From Parcubacteria group bacterium LiPW_15 (GTDB taxonomy: Bacteria > Patescibacteriota > Minisyncoccia > UBA6257 > 2-01-FULL-56-20), in contig VMER01000001.1 in NCBI GenBank assembly GCA_007375645.1, positions 69,139 through 133,138 of the forward strand: a DNA stretch of 64,000 nucleotides, given 5' to 3'. The notes below the pieces were generated by a model, which was given only the letters and a program-made list of their open reading frames with translations, ran no database searches and was not told where the DNA came from. Position 1 is the stretch's first letter; each line of letters begins with the position of its first letter. A program made the position numbers and the translations under genes. This document shows, piece by piece, positions 19,392 through 28,416 of the stretch.

Positions 19392-21011
19392 ATGAGAATT
19401 TCGAAAATAAAAATTACAAACTTTAGGTCTATAAAAGAAGCCGAAATATTACCTACGGGTTTTAACGTTTTTGTTGGTCAGAATAATCACGGGAAAACCA
19501 ATTTTTTTGAAGCCATAGACTGGTTTTTTACTGGGCCCAAAAAAGGAGAAGGTTTGGAAAAAATAAGATTTGGAAGATCTGGCGATGCAGAAATAGCAGT
19601 AGAAATAGAATTTACCGAAGCCCTGGATGGTGCCGAGAAAATGAAAAACGAAGGGAATAAAACAAAGATAAAACAAGCTCTCGGTGAGAACGATACAGTT
19701 TCGGTTCGGCGAAGTAGCTTGGATCCGAAAAAGCGTACCATTTCAATTGGAGGAGTAGAGTTAGAAAAAGCACCAACTGGATTCGATAATGCCTTGAATG
19801 ATTTTTTGCCAACCTTTCAATACGTCAGCACACAAATAAATCCACTTGATGTTGCCAAGTATGGCAAAAACACACCCATTGCAAATATGCTGTCCGGTGT
19901 GTTGTCGGCCATTCTCGAAAAAGATCCAACATACGCAGCTTTTAAAGAACAATTCGATAAGCTATTTACTGCTCCGGGGTCTTTAGTTCGCGTTGAATTA
20001 AACGAACTTAGTAAGCAAGTAAAGGTATATCTCGAAAAACAATTTCCAGATTGTCTGGAAGTAGCCTTTGAGGTATCACAACCAGTTTTTGAGGACTTAC
20101 TTAAAAATTTTGAAACCTCAATAGATGATGGGGTTTATACTAGCGCAGATGAAAAAGGAGACGGGATGCAAAGGGCCTTGATGCTTGCAATCATCCAAAC
20201 CTACGCAGATTTTAGGAGAGAAAACGAGGAAACTAGCAAATTCTTTCTTTTCTTTATTGACGAAGGAGAACTCCACTTGCATCCCACCGCGCAGAGAAAA
20301 CTTAAAAATGCCCTGCTAGAACTGTCTCGAGGTGGTGACCAAATCTTTTTAAACACCCATTCGTCAGTTTTGATTTCTGACGAAACCGAGGGGCAAACGA
20401 TATTCAAAGTTGAAAAAATTAAAAGCGAAACGAGCATTGTTCCCGTAAAGGAAGACGAGAAGCGCTACATAGTATATGAACTGCTTGGCGGTAGTCCAGC
20501 GGATCTTCTTTTGCCCAGAAATTTTCTCATAGTTGAAGGTAAAAGTGAATATGAATTTTTATCTCGTGTGATTGCAAGATTTTATGTGGATAAACCTAAG
20601 GTTCAGATTATTTATGCCGAAGGCAACCATGAGAGACAGCGACAAACAATGGAAGGAATAAATAAGGTTTATGTGCCGCTTTTTGCAAATCCGGTATACA
20701 GAGATAAGCTAATTATCCTTTGCGATACCCCAAGCGCAGAGGCGGCAACGAGCTTTGAAACTTTTAAAAGTACATACCCAGCCCTGACTTCAAACGGACA
20801 ACTTATTGTTAACCCTCTGCCCAGCCTGGAGGAATACTATCCATCTCCTTGGAAAAAAACAGATGTCGAGGTTAAAGCTATGGACGCAGACAAAAATGCG
20901 AAACTATTGCTGGCCAGAGAGGTTGGAAGTGGCATAACTCAGGCACAATTTGAAACGGATATGCCAATTGTCTTCCAAGCTCTCCAAGATTGTTGGTCGA
21001 AGGCCTACTAA
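19392..21011 (+). CDS. OLD-family ABC-ATPase/TOPRIM nuclease
   Basis: GQNNHGKT, KGDGMQR, FIDEGELHLHP, NTHS, IVEGKSE. Confidence 0.9.
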   Translation: MRISKIKITNFRSIKEAEILPTGFNVFVGQNNHGKTNFFEAIDWFFTGPKKGEGLEKIRFGRSGDAEIAVEIEFTEALDGAEKMKNEGNKTKIKQALGENDTVSVRRSSLDPKKRTISIGGVELEKAPTGFDNALNDFLPTFQYVSTQINPLDVAKYGKNTPIANMLSGVLSAILEKDPTYAAFKEQFDKLFTAPGSLVRVELNELSKQVKVYLEKQFPDCLEVAFEVSQPVFEDLLKNFETSIDDGVYTSADEKGDGMQRALMLAIIQTYADFRRENEETSKFFLFFIDEGELHLHPTAQRKLKNALLELSRGGDQIFLNTHSSVLISDETEGQTIFKVEKIKSETSIVPVKEDEKRYIVYELLGGSPADLLLPRNFLIVEGKSEYEFLSRVIARFYVDKPKVQIIYAEGNHERQRQTMEGINKVYVPLFANPVYRDKLIILCDTPSAEAATSFETFKSTYPALTSNGQLIVNPLPSLEEYYPSPWKKTDVEVKAMDADKNAKLLLAREVGSGITQAQFETDMPIVFQALQDCWSKAY

Positions 21012-21027
21012 TCTAAAGTTTCTAATT

Positions 21028-21357
21028 ATGAGAATAAAAGATCTATTTAAATCAACCGGCATTTCGCAATCATTCGGAGGCGTAGCTCCTCGATTGGATA
21101 AAAATAATTGTCGGGTTGAAAATAAGACCAAAAATGAAGACTCGGTGCTACTTCGTTTAAAAAGGATGTCAGACGGAGAGGAGGGAAATGCATATTTGAG
21201 GGTTCAAGAACAATTTTCAAGCATAACCCCGCAATTGCTTGGTTGGGCTTTTAATAGCAATAAAATTATTGGGCTTTCTCTAAACGAGCTGGACGACTTT
21301 GAAACAGGCCTTGAAATAGAAAATTTACAAGGACGACTTCGATTAATTACTGATTAA
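21028..21357 (+). CDS. Hypothetical cargo protein
   Basis: ORF from MRIKDLF; its stop abuts the inner att-like repeat. Confidence 0.6.
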   Translation: MRIKDLFKSTGISQSFGGVAPRLDKNNCRVENKTKNEDSVLLRLKRMSDGEEGNAYLRVQEQFSSITPQLLGWAFNSNKIIGLSLNELDDFETGLEIENLQGRLRLITD

Positions 21358-21390
21358 AAAGGTTCCAACATCGTTCCATTCCGTGCAAAA
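21356..21390. repeat. Degenerate second copy of the right att arm (31/35 identical to 21917-21951)
   Basis: AAAAAGGTTCCAACATCGTTCCATTCCGTGCAAAA vs AAAAAGGTTCCAACATCGTCCCATCCCGCGCACAA. Confidence 0.9.
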
Positions 21391-21394
21391 TATT

Positions 21395-21886
21395 ATGATA
21401 CTACTTATTTTAACCTCAATACTCAAAGCAATAATTGCCTGGTTTATTATCACTTATGTCGGGACCAATCTCATTGGTTTTATTGGGAGGGGTCTTTGGG
21501 AAGAAAGATTGGATGTGAATAAATTAGATCTCTCTGATAATCCTATAAAGGATCTTGCAAAGAAAGAAATTAAAAGATGGAACAACTCTGGCGACATAAT
21601 AACCGGGTTATCATTTTTGGCTACAATAGGAATTTGTTATTACTTGTACAGTTATTGGGGAACTCTATTTTTGATTGCCATCATTATAACAATGGCAAGC
21701 AGGGCACCAGATCTTTATTGGGAGGTTCGCGTCCTTCCAAAACAATTAGGCATACCATATCCAGTTCCAAAAGATTTAATTCGGAAAGCAATAAAAGAAG
21801 ATAAAAACAAATCTTTATTTAAAACCCTACTAGGGCTTTCGAGTTTCGCAACGTTCGTAATTCTTTTTATAGCATTCTTTATTTAA
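21395..21886 (+). CDS. Multi-TM hypothetical cargo protein between the two att-arm copies
   Basis: About 4 hydrophobic segments; very AT-rich. Confidence 0.7.
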   Translation: MILLILTSILKAIIAWFIITYVGTNLIGFIGRGLWEERLDVNKLDLSDNPIKDLAKKEIKRWNNSGDIITGLSFLATIGICYYLYSYWGTLFLIAIIITMASRAPDLYWEVRVLPKQLGIPYPVPKDLIRKAIKEDKNKSLFKTLLGLSSFATFVILFIAFFI

Positions 21887-22110
21887 TAAACTTGGTAGAA
21901 TTGATTAAACTGGCTCAAAAAGGTTCCAACATCGTCCCATCCCGCGCACAAAATAAAAATACTACCCTCGCGGTAGTGTTTTTGTTTTCGTGTGTTGGAA
22001 GAAGAGGATTTGAACAAGGAGGAGGGGTCGGGAGGAAGCGTGGCGTCCTCCCGTGTCGGAGATTATTCTCGCCCCAAGAAGATTCCGCGTATAAGTTGTA
22101 TAATTAAAAT

Positions 22111-22581
22111 ATGAATAAAAATGGATTTGCTCCGATCGTTGTTGTCCTCTTGGTTGCCGTAGTCTTGGTTGCAGGCGGTATCGTGTATCAAGCCGGCAAA
22201 AATTCAAATCCCTCAAATGATCCAAGCGTGGAATCTGGCGCTCCGTTTATTGCCGTTATTTCGCCAAACGGAGGAGAAAAGTGGGCAGTCGGTGAAACGG
22301 TAAAGATCTCTTGGACAAGCAGTAACGATATAAAATTCGTAAATATCCGATTAAATATCTTAGGAAATCCCGATAGCCAGCACTTCAGCGCCTCCATCGC
22401 CTCCGACATTCCAAACACCGGTAACTATGAGTGGACGGTCAAAAAACTTTACGCCGAGGTTCTTGGCGTCACCGATCTGCCGATATCCGACAAGTATTCG
22501 ATTAGCGTGGAGGCCGCCGGAAATATTCATGATAGCAGTGACTCGACGTTCAGTATCGTTTCTTCGGTAAAATCAACTTAA
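22111..22581 (+). CDS. Exported protein with pilin-like N-terminus and Ig-like domain
   Basis: MNKNG|FAPIVVVLL class-III-like signal; SPNGGE.W..G....I.W and N.G.Y.W patterns. Confidence 0.7.
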   Translation: MNKNGFAPIVVVLLVAVVLVAGGIVYQAGKNSNPSNDPSVESGAPFIAVISPNGGEKWAVGETVKISWTSSNDIKFVNIRLNILGNPDSQHFSASIASDIPNTGNYEWTVKKLYAEVLGVTDLPISDKYSISVEAAGNIHDSSDSTFSIVSSVKST

Positions 22582-22593
22582 ATTTTATAAAAA

Positions 22594-22941
22594 ATGGACA
22601 ACAAAATGGTTGAGTCAACAATGGTCACGACGGCGTTCGAGCTCGAGAATTATCAAATCGTAAATAATCTGGGAGTCGCGAAGGGGATAGTTGTTCGTTC
22701 CAGGTCCATCTTCGGATCTATTGGTGCAAGCCTACAGACAATAGTTGGCGGCAATATTTCTCTTTTCACAAAGCTTTGCGAAAAAACTCGCGCCGATGCG
22801 TTCGATCTAATGTTGGAGCATGCGGCAGATATGGGTGCTAACGCGGTTATCGGCGCCCGTTACGACGCGACGGAAATCATGGGAGGCGTGACCGAGGTTT
22901 TGGCCTATGGAACCGCGGTTGTGGTAGAACCAAAAAAATAA
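22594..22941 (+). CDS. YbjQ/UPF0145 family protein
   Basis: MVTTA..L..Y.I...[21 protein letters not shown]. Confidence 0.93.
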   Translation: MDNKMVESTMVTTAFELENYQIVNNLGVAKGIVVRSRSIFGSIGASLQTIVGGNISLFTKLCEKTRADAFDLMLEHAADMGANAVIGARYDATEIMGGVTEVLAYGTAVVVEPKK

Positions 22942-23005
22942 ACGGTCAGACCTGCCAAGTATTAAAATCTTAAGACAAAAAAAGCCGGGCGTTACCCGGC
23001 GCGGC

Positions 23006-23209
23006 CTAGAAGATTTCGATGTGGACTTCTGCTAAGTACCTTTTGGACTTTCTTTTCCCTTCGAGTTTATCGAGTTGTTGCTGAACTTTTTCGAGTTGGT
23101 TTGCGAGATGAATGCCGGAGAAAGAGCCCCGTTTCGGAAGCTTTAGAAAAGCTTTCCAGATCTCGTCCCTTTTCTTCCGCAGTCTCAGGACTCTTTTGCT
23201 TGCGGTCAT
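23006..23209 (-). CDS. Basic orphan small protein (SD-led)
   Basis: AGGAG before ATG; terminator at about 22977-23003. Confidence 0.6.
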   Translation of the reverse strand: MTASKRVLRLRKKRDEIWKAFLKLPKRGSFSGIHLANQLEKVQQQLDKLEGKRKSKRYLAEVHIEIF

Positions 23210-23218
23210 ACTGTTCTC

Positions 23219-23467
23219 CTACGTCGCGAATCTTCCGCTACCATAGTCGTCCTCGGGAGTCGTTAGCGCGCTTCTCGGGACGTCCAGGGGACCGAGCGAA
23301 ACGTTGTCGGGAATACCTTCTCCCGCGAGTTTCGCGGAAGCCCGCACGCCTTGCTCGACCGACTCTCGGATCATCTGTGCGAGTTCGACCTCGCTCATTT
23401 TGAGCCTGATCGGCGGACGATCGGTTCCATCACCGGCGATCACTTCATAACTGCGTTGTTTCAACAC
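23219..23467 (-). CDS. Orphan small protein (SD-led, GTG start)
   Basis: GAAGGGGG before GTG; TTGACA-17-TATAAG upstream on the minus strand. Confidence 0.6.
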   Translation of the reverse strand: MLKQRSYEVIAGDGTDRPPIRLKMSEVELAQMIRESVEQGVRASAKLAGEGIPDNVSLGPLDVPRSALTTPEDDYGSGRFAT

Positions 23468-23583
23468 GGCAACCCCCTTCGTCGAACTTATTTCCTTATA
23501 TTCTGATTGCGGTTGTATGTCAAAAATGCCGGGAATCTCAACTCTGCCCAGAGGAATCTCTTTGTTGTGTTATAATAATTAAC

Positions 23584-24645
23584 ATGATGGGCAAAAAGAT
23601 CGCTAGGGTCCTCTCCGGTGTAGTTTTTTTTGTGTATTGGGGTTGGGCGTCCGTTTCTGCCCTCGGATCATTTAGGCGCGGAGATCCGTTCACCTGGGAA
23701 CATTTTGCGACATTGTTGATCCCCGAGATAATACTTGCCCTGATCTTCTTTTATCTCTTATGGCCCGGAAAAGACTCTCCCAACGTTTCAACTAAATTTT
23801 TAAGTGTTTTCAGCATTTTGATCCTCGCTGTTCTTTGGATTGTAGGCCCTCTTCAGTCCTACTTTACTTTGAACCTCGATAACAGAGGGATAAGTTTTTC
23901 AGCATTTCTATATTCTTTCGAGGTCATGCTTTTCGGCGGCCTATTCACTTATGTTGTCCTGCGTTATTTAAGACGAGTAAGGATATTTTTGAAGGATTAC
24001 AGTTCCAATATAGAAGCAATAACCCGTGAGAGGGCGGAGAAGTTTTCCGAGTTTCTTTCCGGTTTTCCGCTGAAGGTTGCGCGAATCGGGTTCCTCTTTG
24101 TTTTCGGAGGTTTTCTGATTTCCGCGCCGCAATTGATCTTTTGGGGTTGGACGACAACCGAGGTCGCCGTTAAAAGCATTTTTATAGGGCTGGCAATAGC
24201 GCCCGTAATGGCTTTGCTTATGTATATTCTCGCACGCCGTTTTTTGAGTGGAGTATTCGAGATACTGTATTCCTTCGGCGACGTTTCACACCCTAAGCTC
24301 GTGCTGTCCATTGAAGGAAAAATATTGATGCTCGGTTCCTGCGTTATGCTCATGGCTATTTCTCTTCTGTTCCCTTTGATTTGGAATTTTGTCGAAGAAA
24401 ACATTAGCTTACAGATGTTTTTGCTGGGCTGCGGGATAACGCTTTTGGAATTGCTATCGATTTTCTATGTTTCGGTTAAGGCCTTTGCCTACGATATTAC
24501 GAATTCTTTGGATGTTCTGAAAAAAGGACTTGAAATTCTTCAAACCGGCGAAAAAAGGTATCGCATAAATATGAGAACCGGAGATGAGCTCGAAGAAGTC
24601 ATCGGTGAGTTCAATAAAATTCCCGGGACGATCGACAAAAGGTAG
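23584..24645 (+). CDS. Multi-TM membrane protein ending in a HAMP-like segment
   Basis: About 8 TMs; C-terminal IT..L..L..G...RI....GDELEE....FN. Confidence 0.7.
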   Translation: MMGKKIARVLSGVVFFVYWGWASVSALGSFRRGDPFTWEHFATLLIPEIILALIFFYLLWPGKDSPNVSTKFLSVFSILILAVLWIVGPLQSYFTLNLDNRGISFSAFLYSFEVMLFGGLFTYVVLRYLRRVRIFLKDYSSNIEAITRERAEKFSEFLSGFPLKVARIGFLFVFGGFLISAPQLIFWGWTTTEVAVKSIFIGLAIAPVMALLMYILARRFLSGVFEILYSFGDVSHPKLVLSIEGKILMLGSCVMLMAISLLFPLIWNFVEENISLQMFLLGCGITLLELLSIFYVSVKAFAYDITNSLDVLKKGLEILQTGEKRYRINMRTGDELEEVIGEFNKIPGTIDKR

Positions 24646-24677
24646 AATGTTTCTCGCGAACGTGTTATGATCGTTTT

Positions 24678-25016
24678 ATGAGTAATCTGGAAGAGGGCGC
24701 AAAAACCGAGCGGGGGGCCGAACACATCCCTTCGCGGGAAGAGATTCTGGGGCAAATCGGAAAGCGGTCCAAGCGAGCGGAATTCCTGCGTGAGTTTAAA
24801 GACGAGGATGGGATAAACTTTTTGGAGGCCCGTGAACCGGGAGAAAAAACCGGCGAGTCTATACTCTACGTATATATACGGGCAGGAAGGTTCGAGAATA
24901 GCCTTTCGAAAACCACAACCCTTCAGAAGGTATTCATCGAGGAGAATGGTGATTGTCGTGGCGGGGAAACTATCGCCGATTACGATAACGCCACAGGTGA
25001 GTGGGTGGAGGAGTAG
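24678..25016 (+). CDS. Hypothetical protein
   Basis: 112-aa acidic ORF; TATGAT 6 nt before ATG. Confidence 0.65.
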   Translation: MSNLEEGAKTERGAEHIPSREEILGQIGKRSKRAEFLREFKDEDGINFLEAREPGEKTGESILYVYIRAGRFENSLSKTTTLQKVFIEENGDCRGGETIADYDNATGEWVEE

Positions 25017-25153
25017 GCACGGGTTTTGCTACACCCCCACACCCAAGAAATGGCTCTTTCGAATTCATCAGCGGCTTAGAAATTAATATTCAGCAATAAA
25101 GCCACACACAGCCTCGGAATTGTTTTTTTTAGGTGTGGGGGTAAAATTAACTT

Positions 25154-25768
25154 ATGAATAAAAAATTCTCTAAAGGAGAGGCAATTAAGTTCGGTTGGGA
25201 GGGGATGAAGAAAAACTTCTGGCTTTTTGCCGGAGTTATGATCATACTCTTGGTCCTTTCTTCGATTTCGTCATCGGGTAATGCTAATGCGAAAACCTTC
25301 TCGCTTTGGGGGGCTGTCATTACTCTCCTGGTTGCCGTGATCGACACCATAATTCAAATGGGAATCATCCGGGCGACCCTGAAGGTAGTGGACGGAGCGA
25401 AACCGACAATAGACGATATTTTCGCGGAGAGAAAACTTTTCTGGAGGTATCTCGGTTGCACGATACTCTATGGACTCATAGTTTTGGGCGGTTTGATCCT
25501 GCTGGTCGTCCCGGGAATAATCTGGGCGATAAAGTACCAGTTTGCGAGATATCTTATAATTGATAAGAAAATGGGAATAATGGATTCCTTGAGGCGCAGC
25601 GGAGAAATCACCATGGGTCAGAAGGGTCAGCTGTTTCTGTTCTGTCTCCTCATGCTGGGCGTAACTATTTTGGGAGCTTTGGCCTTGGGTATCGGGCTTT
25701 TTGCCGCCATCCCCACAGTTATGATCGCCGGCGCGTTCGTCTATCGAAAGCTTTCCGTAGCCGTTTAA
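25154..25768 (+). CDS. Integral membrane protein (DUF975-like)
   Basis: G.ILLVVPGIIWAI.Y.FA.Y...D......SL.RS..IT.G.K..LF pattern. Confidence 0.75.
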   Translation: MNKKFSKGEAIKFGWEGMKKNFWLFAGVMIILLVLSSISSSGNANAKTFSLWGAVITLLVAVIDTIIQMGIIRATLKVVDGAKPTIDDIFAERKLFWRYLGCTILYGLIVLGGLILLVVPGIIWAIKYQFARYLIIDKKMGIMDSLRRSGEITMGQKGQLFLFCLLMLGVTILGALALGIGLFAAIPTVMIAGAFVYRKLSVAV

Positions 25769-25778
25769 GCGGTTTACC

Positions 25779-26459
25779 ATGACTCTGTTTTTGGGAAAAC
25801 TTTTTGCGAGCGATTGGTTTTGGAGTCTCGGAGATATTTTCCTGGGAATAGTTTTGTTTTCGGCGATAGGACTATATGCCTACCGGGAGTCTTCCGACGC
25901 GTCAAACCTCGGTAGGCGTTATGTATTGATCGCCAAACTTATAATCTGGGCTAGGATCTTATATTCCGGGTTCATAACTTGTGCGCAATACCTTGTCTGG
26001 AGCCAAAGCGAAGTAAGCCGTATTTTTTTGACTTTGCCCGCCGACGCGAGATCGCTTCCAATGTACGGATTTTTGGCGCCGATCTTCAAATGGAGCGGAG
26101 GATACTTCACCCTCTATTCCTTTTTGCATTTCTGGCTGCCAACGCTCATTTCGATAGCGATCGGCTATATCTTTCTCGTGTTCTTAAGGTTGCTTCGGAA
26201 GCACAAAGATAGATTCTTTGAAAGCGGGGAGGTGGAACTCGGATGGGTCCTCGCGCTTATCGTCGGATATCCGAATTTTATAATTTTTCTGCCGCTCGTG
26301 TTTTTCCTGATAATTCCGATATCCATCGTGCGTATGGCGGTTTTAAAACAGCATCTTACAACCATCGGATATCCAATGATACTTTCGGCAATATTTGCGG
26401 TTATCTTGGGGACGCAGATAATGGACGTATTGGGCTGGGGCGCGCTTAAGCTATGGTAA
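25779..26459 (+). CDS. Hypothetical membrane protein
   Basis: About 6 TMs; weak similarity to an A24 peptidase C-terminus. Confidence 0.65.
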   Translation: MTLFLGKLFASDWFWSLGDIFLGIVLFSAIGLYAYRESSDASNLGRRYVLIAKLIIWARILYSGFITCAQYLVWSQSEVSRIFLTLPADARSLPMYGFLAPIFKWSGGYFTLYSFLHFWLPTLISIAIGYIFLVFLRLLRKHKDRFFESGEVELGWVLALIVGYPNFIIFLPLVFFLIIPISIVRMAVLKQHLTTIGYPMILSAIFAVILGTQIMDVLGWGALKLW

Positions 26460-27061
26460 AAAAAGAACTTGTTGTCGGTATTGATGAGGTGGGACGAGGT
26501 TGCCTTGCCGGCCCCGTCGTGGTTTGCGCGGCCCTAACCATGCGCGGAAAGAGATTTTCGAACAAGAACCTCGGAATACTCAAGGATTCTAAAAAGATAC
26601 CGGTGCGTTTGCGGGAGGAATGGTTTTTGCATCTTAAAAAAATCGAAGTAATTTTCGCAATTTCCAGGGTTTCGCCGGCGGTAATAGACAGAGTGAATAT
26701 AAGTCGGGCTGCGAATATCGCCGCCGAACGCGCCTTAAAAAAGCTTCTTCTCTTAGCCGGCCTTCAAGAGGGGGATATAGACGTTTTTTTGGATGGCGGA
26801 CTTTACCTGGGGTCTAAGGAAAAGTCATTATCCCGGGCCGCAACCGTCATAAAAGGGGACGAAAAAATAAAAGTCATAGCCGCGGCCTCGATCGCCGCCA
26901 AGGTTACGAGGGATCGATTTATGGTCAGACTTTCCAAGAAATATCCCGGCTATGGGCTTGAGGTTCACAAAGGCTATGGAACCAAAGCCCATATTCGGGC
27001 GATAAAAAGACAGGGTTTGAGCGATGCCCACCGCCGAAGCTTTACCAAGAAAATAATTTGA
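26453..27061 (+). CDS. rnhB: Ribonuclease HII
   Basis: GIDEVGRGCLAGPV, KDSKK, DGG, KGD, AASIAAKV.RD, HKGYGT. Confidence 0.97.
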   Translation: MVKKELVVGIDEVGRGCLAGPVVVCAALTMRGKRFSNKNLGILKDSKKIPVRLREEWFLHLKKIEVIFAISRVSPAVIDRVNISRAANIAAERALKKLLLLAGLQEGDIDVFLDGGLYLGSKEKSLSRAATVIKGDEKIKVIAAASIAAKVTRDRFMVRLSKKYPGYGLEVHKGYGTKAHIRAIKRQGLSDAHRRSFTKKII

Positions 27062-27104
27062 CCAAAGCTAAAAAATCCCATATCCTAAAGGAAAGATAAC
27101 TCAC

Positions 27105-27257
27105 ATGGGTGGAGTACCAATAAAACATCATACAAAAGGCAAGGTTGGAAGGCGGCGTTCGCATTTGGCCATGAAGAAGCAGAAGCTTATGGTTTGCAAG
27201 CACTGCGGAGCTCCGAAAATGGCTCATCGCGCCTGCCCTGAGTGCGGCAAAATGTAA
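27105..27257 (+). CDS. rpmF: 50S ribosomal protein L32 (not in the ORF track)
   Basis: MGGVPIKHHTKGKVGRRRSH...CKHCG..K.AHRACPECG. Confidence 0.93.
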   Translation: MGGVPIKHHTKGKVGRRRSHLAMKKQKLMVCKHCGAPKMAHRACPECGKM

Positions 27258-27268
27258 CTTTAGCTTAA

Positions 27269-27724
27269 ATGGCTACCCGGCACCTTGTTAGAACCGTTGT
27301 CCTGCAGTCCCTCTACGAATGGGATTTTTATGACCGCAAAAACGATATTACTAAGGTTCTCGAAAGAAATTTAGCCGAGTTTGCTCCGGGCATAGACGAG
27401 CCGGAATTTGCCTGGAAGATACTTAAGGGGATTGCCGAACACATAAAGGACATTGATGCCCGCATAGTTAAGACCGCACCCGAATGGCCGCTTCCGAAGA
27501 TCGCGGTTATTGACCGCAATATTCTGCGTATCGGCCTCTACGAACTTTTATACGCGGATAAAAACGAAGTTCCGCCAAAAGTGGCGATAAACGAGGCAAT
27601 CGAGATGGCCAAGAATTATGGAGGGCCGAACTCCAGCCGGTTCATAAATGGAGTTTTGGGAACAGTTTTCCGCGAGGAATACCCGGAGGAAGCCGCCAAA
27701 AGAGAAGCGCCGAAGAACCAATAA
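27269..27724 (+). CDS. nusB: Transcription antitermination factor NusB
   Basis: R..R...LQ.LY, IDRNILR...[23 protein letters not shown]. Confidence 0.96.
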   Translation: MATRHLVRTVVLQSLYEWDFYDRKNDITKVLERNLAEFAPGIDEPEFAWKILKGIAEHIKDIDARIVKTAPEWPLPKIAVIDRNILRIGLYELLYADKNEVPPKVAINEAIEMAKNYGGPNSSRFINGVLGTVFREEYPEEAAKREAPKNQ

Positions 27725-27726
27725 TA

Positions 27727-28416
27727 ATGAAAGACGTAAGTGTTTTAGAAAAAAATATCGATGTAATTTTCAAAGATAGGGATGTTTTGAATGAGGCTTT
27801 GACCCATCGCTCCTATCTCAACGAAAATCCGAAGTGGCTTTTGCCGCACAACGAGCGGCTGGAGTTTTTGGGCGATGCGGTTTTGGAACTCGCCGTAACC
27901 GAAGCGCTTTATAAAAAATTTCCGTCTTCGCCGGAAGGGGATCTGACGGTTTATCGCGCGGCTCTCGTGAACTATCAAACCTTGGCTTCGGTGGCTTCCG
28001 GTTTCTCGCTCGACGATTTCATTCTAATGTCCCGCGGAGAAAAGATGGATAATTCCAAGGCCAAGGAAGTAATTCTCGCAAATGCCATCGAGGCGCTTAT
28101 CGGCGCGATATATTTGGATCAGGGTTACGAGGCGGCGGAAAGATTTATAAGCGAAAAAGTTCTCGTAAAACTTCCGGACATTTTAAAGAGCAAAAGCTAT
28201 AAGGATCCGAAGAGCGAATTGCAGGAAATAGTCCAGGATAAGTTTAGGGTAACCCCGAGTTATAAGGTTCTTGAAGAATCCGGTCCTGCGCACAAACGGG
28301 AATTCAAAGTCGGTGTTTATTTCAAGGATGAAACTCCGGAGGCTGAAGGCAACGGGACTTCCAAGCAGGAAGCGGAAGCGGAAGCCGCCAAGAACGCATT
28401 AAAGAAATTGCAGTGA
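27727..28416 (+). CDS. rnc: Ribonuclease III
   Basis: ALTHRSY, NERLEFLGDAVL, dsRBD DPKS.LQE...G.SKQEAE. Confidence 0.97.
   Translation: MKDVSVLEKNIDVIFKDRDVLNEALTHRSYLNENPKWLLPHNERLEFLGDAVLELAVTEALYKKFPSSPEGDLTVYRAALVNYQTLASVASGFSLDDFILMSRGEKMDNSKAKEVILANAIEALIGAIYLDQGYEAAERFISEKVLVKLPDILKSKSYKDPKSELQEIVQDKFRVTPSYKVLEESGPAHKREFKVGVYFKDETPEAEGNGTSKQEAEAEAAKNALKKLQ

Larger units (their letters stand above)
15574..21951. mobile_element. Integrative element in tRNA-Leu: large serine recombinase, HUH Rep and nuclease cargo
   Basis: 12-bp direct repeat TCCCGCGCACAA at 15574-15585 and 21940-21951; AT-richer interior. Confidence 0.9.

Noticed and set aside
15574-21951. Prophage or inovirus call for the tRNA-Leu element
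   Set aside because: No capsid, terminase, Zot-like ATPase or small coat-protein cluster between the att sites.
25779-26459. Prepilin peptidase
   Set aside because: The catalytic GD motif reads GE and the first aspartate is not evident; left as hypothetical.
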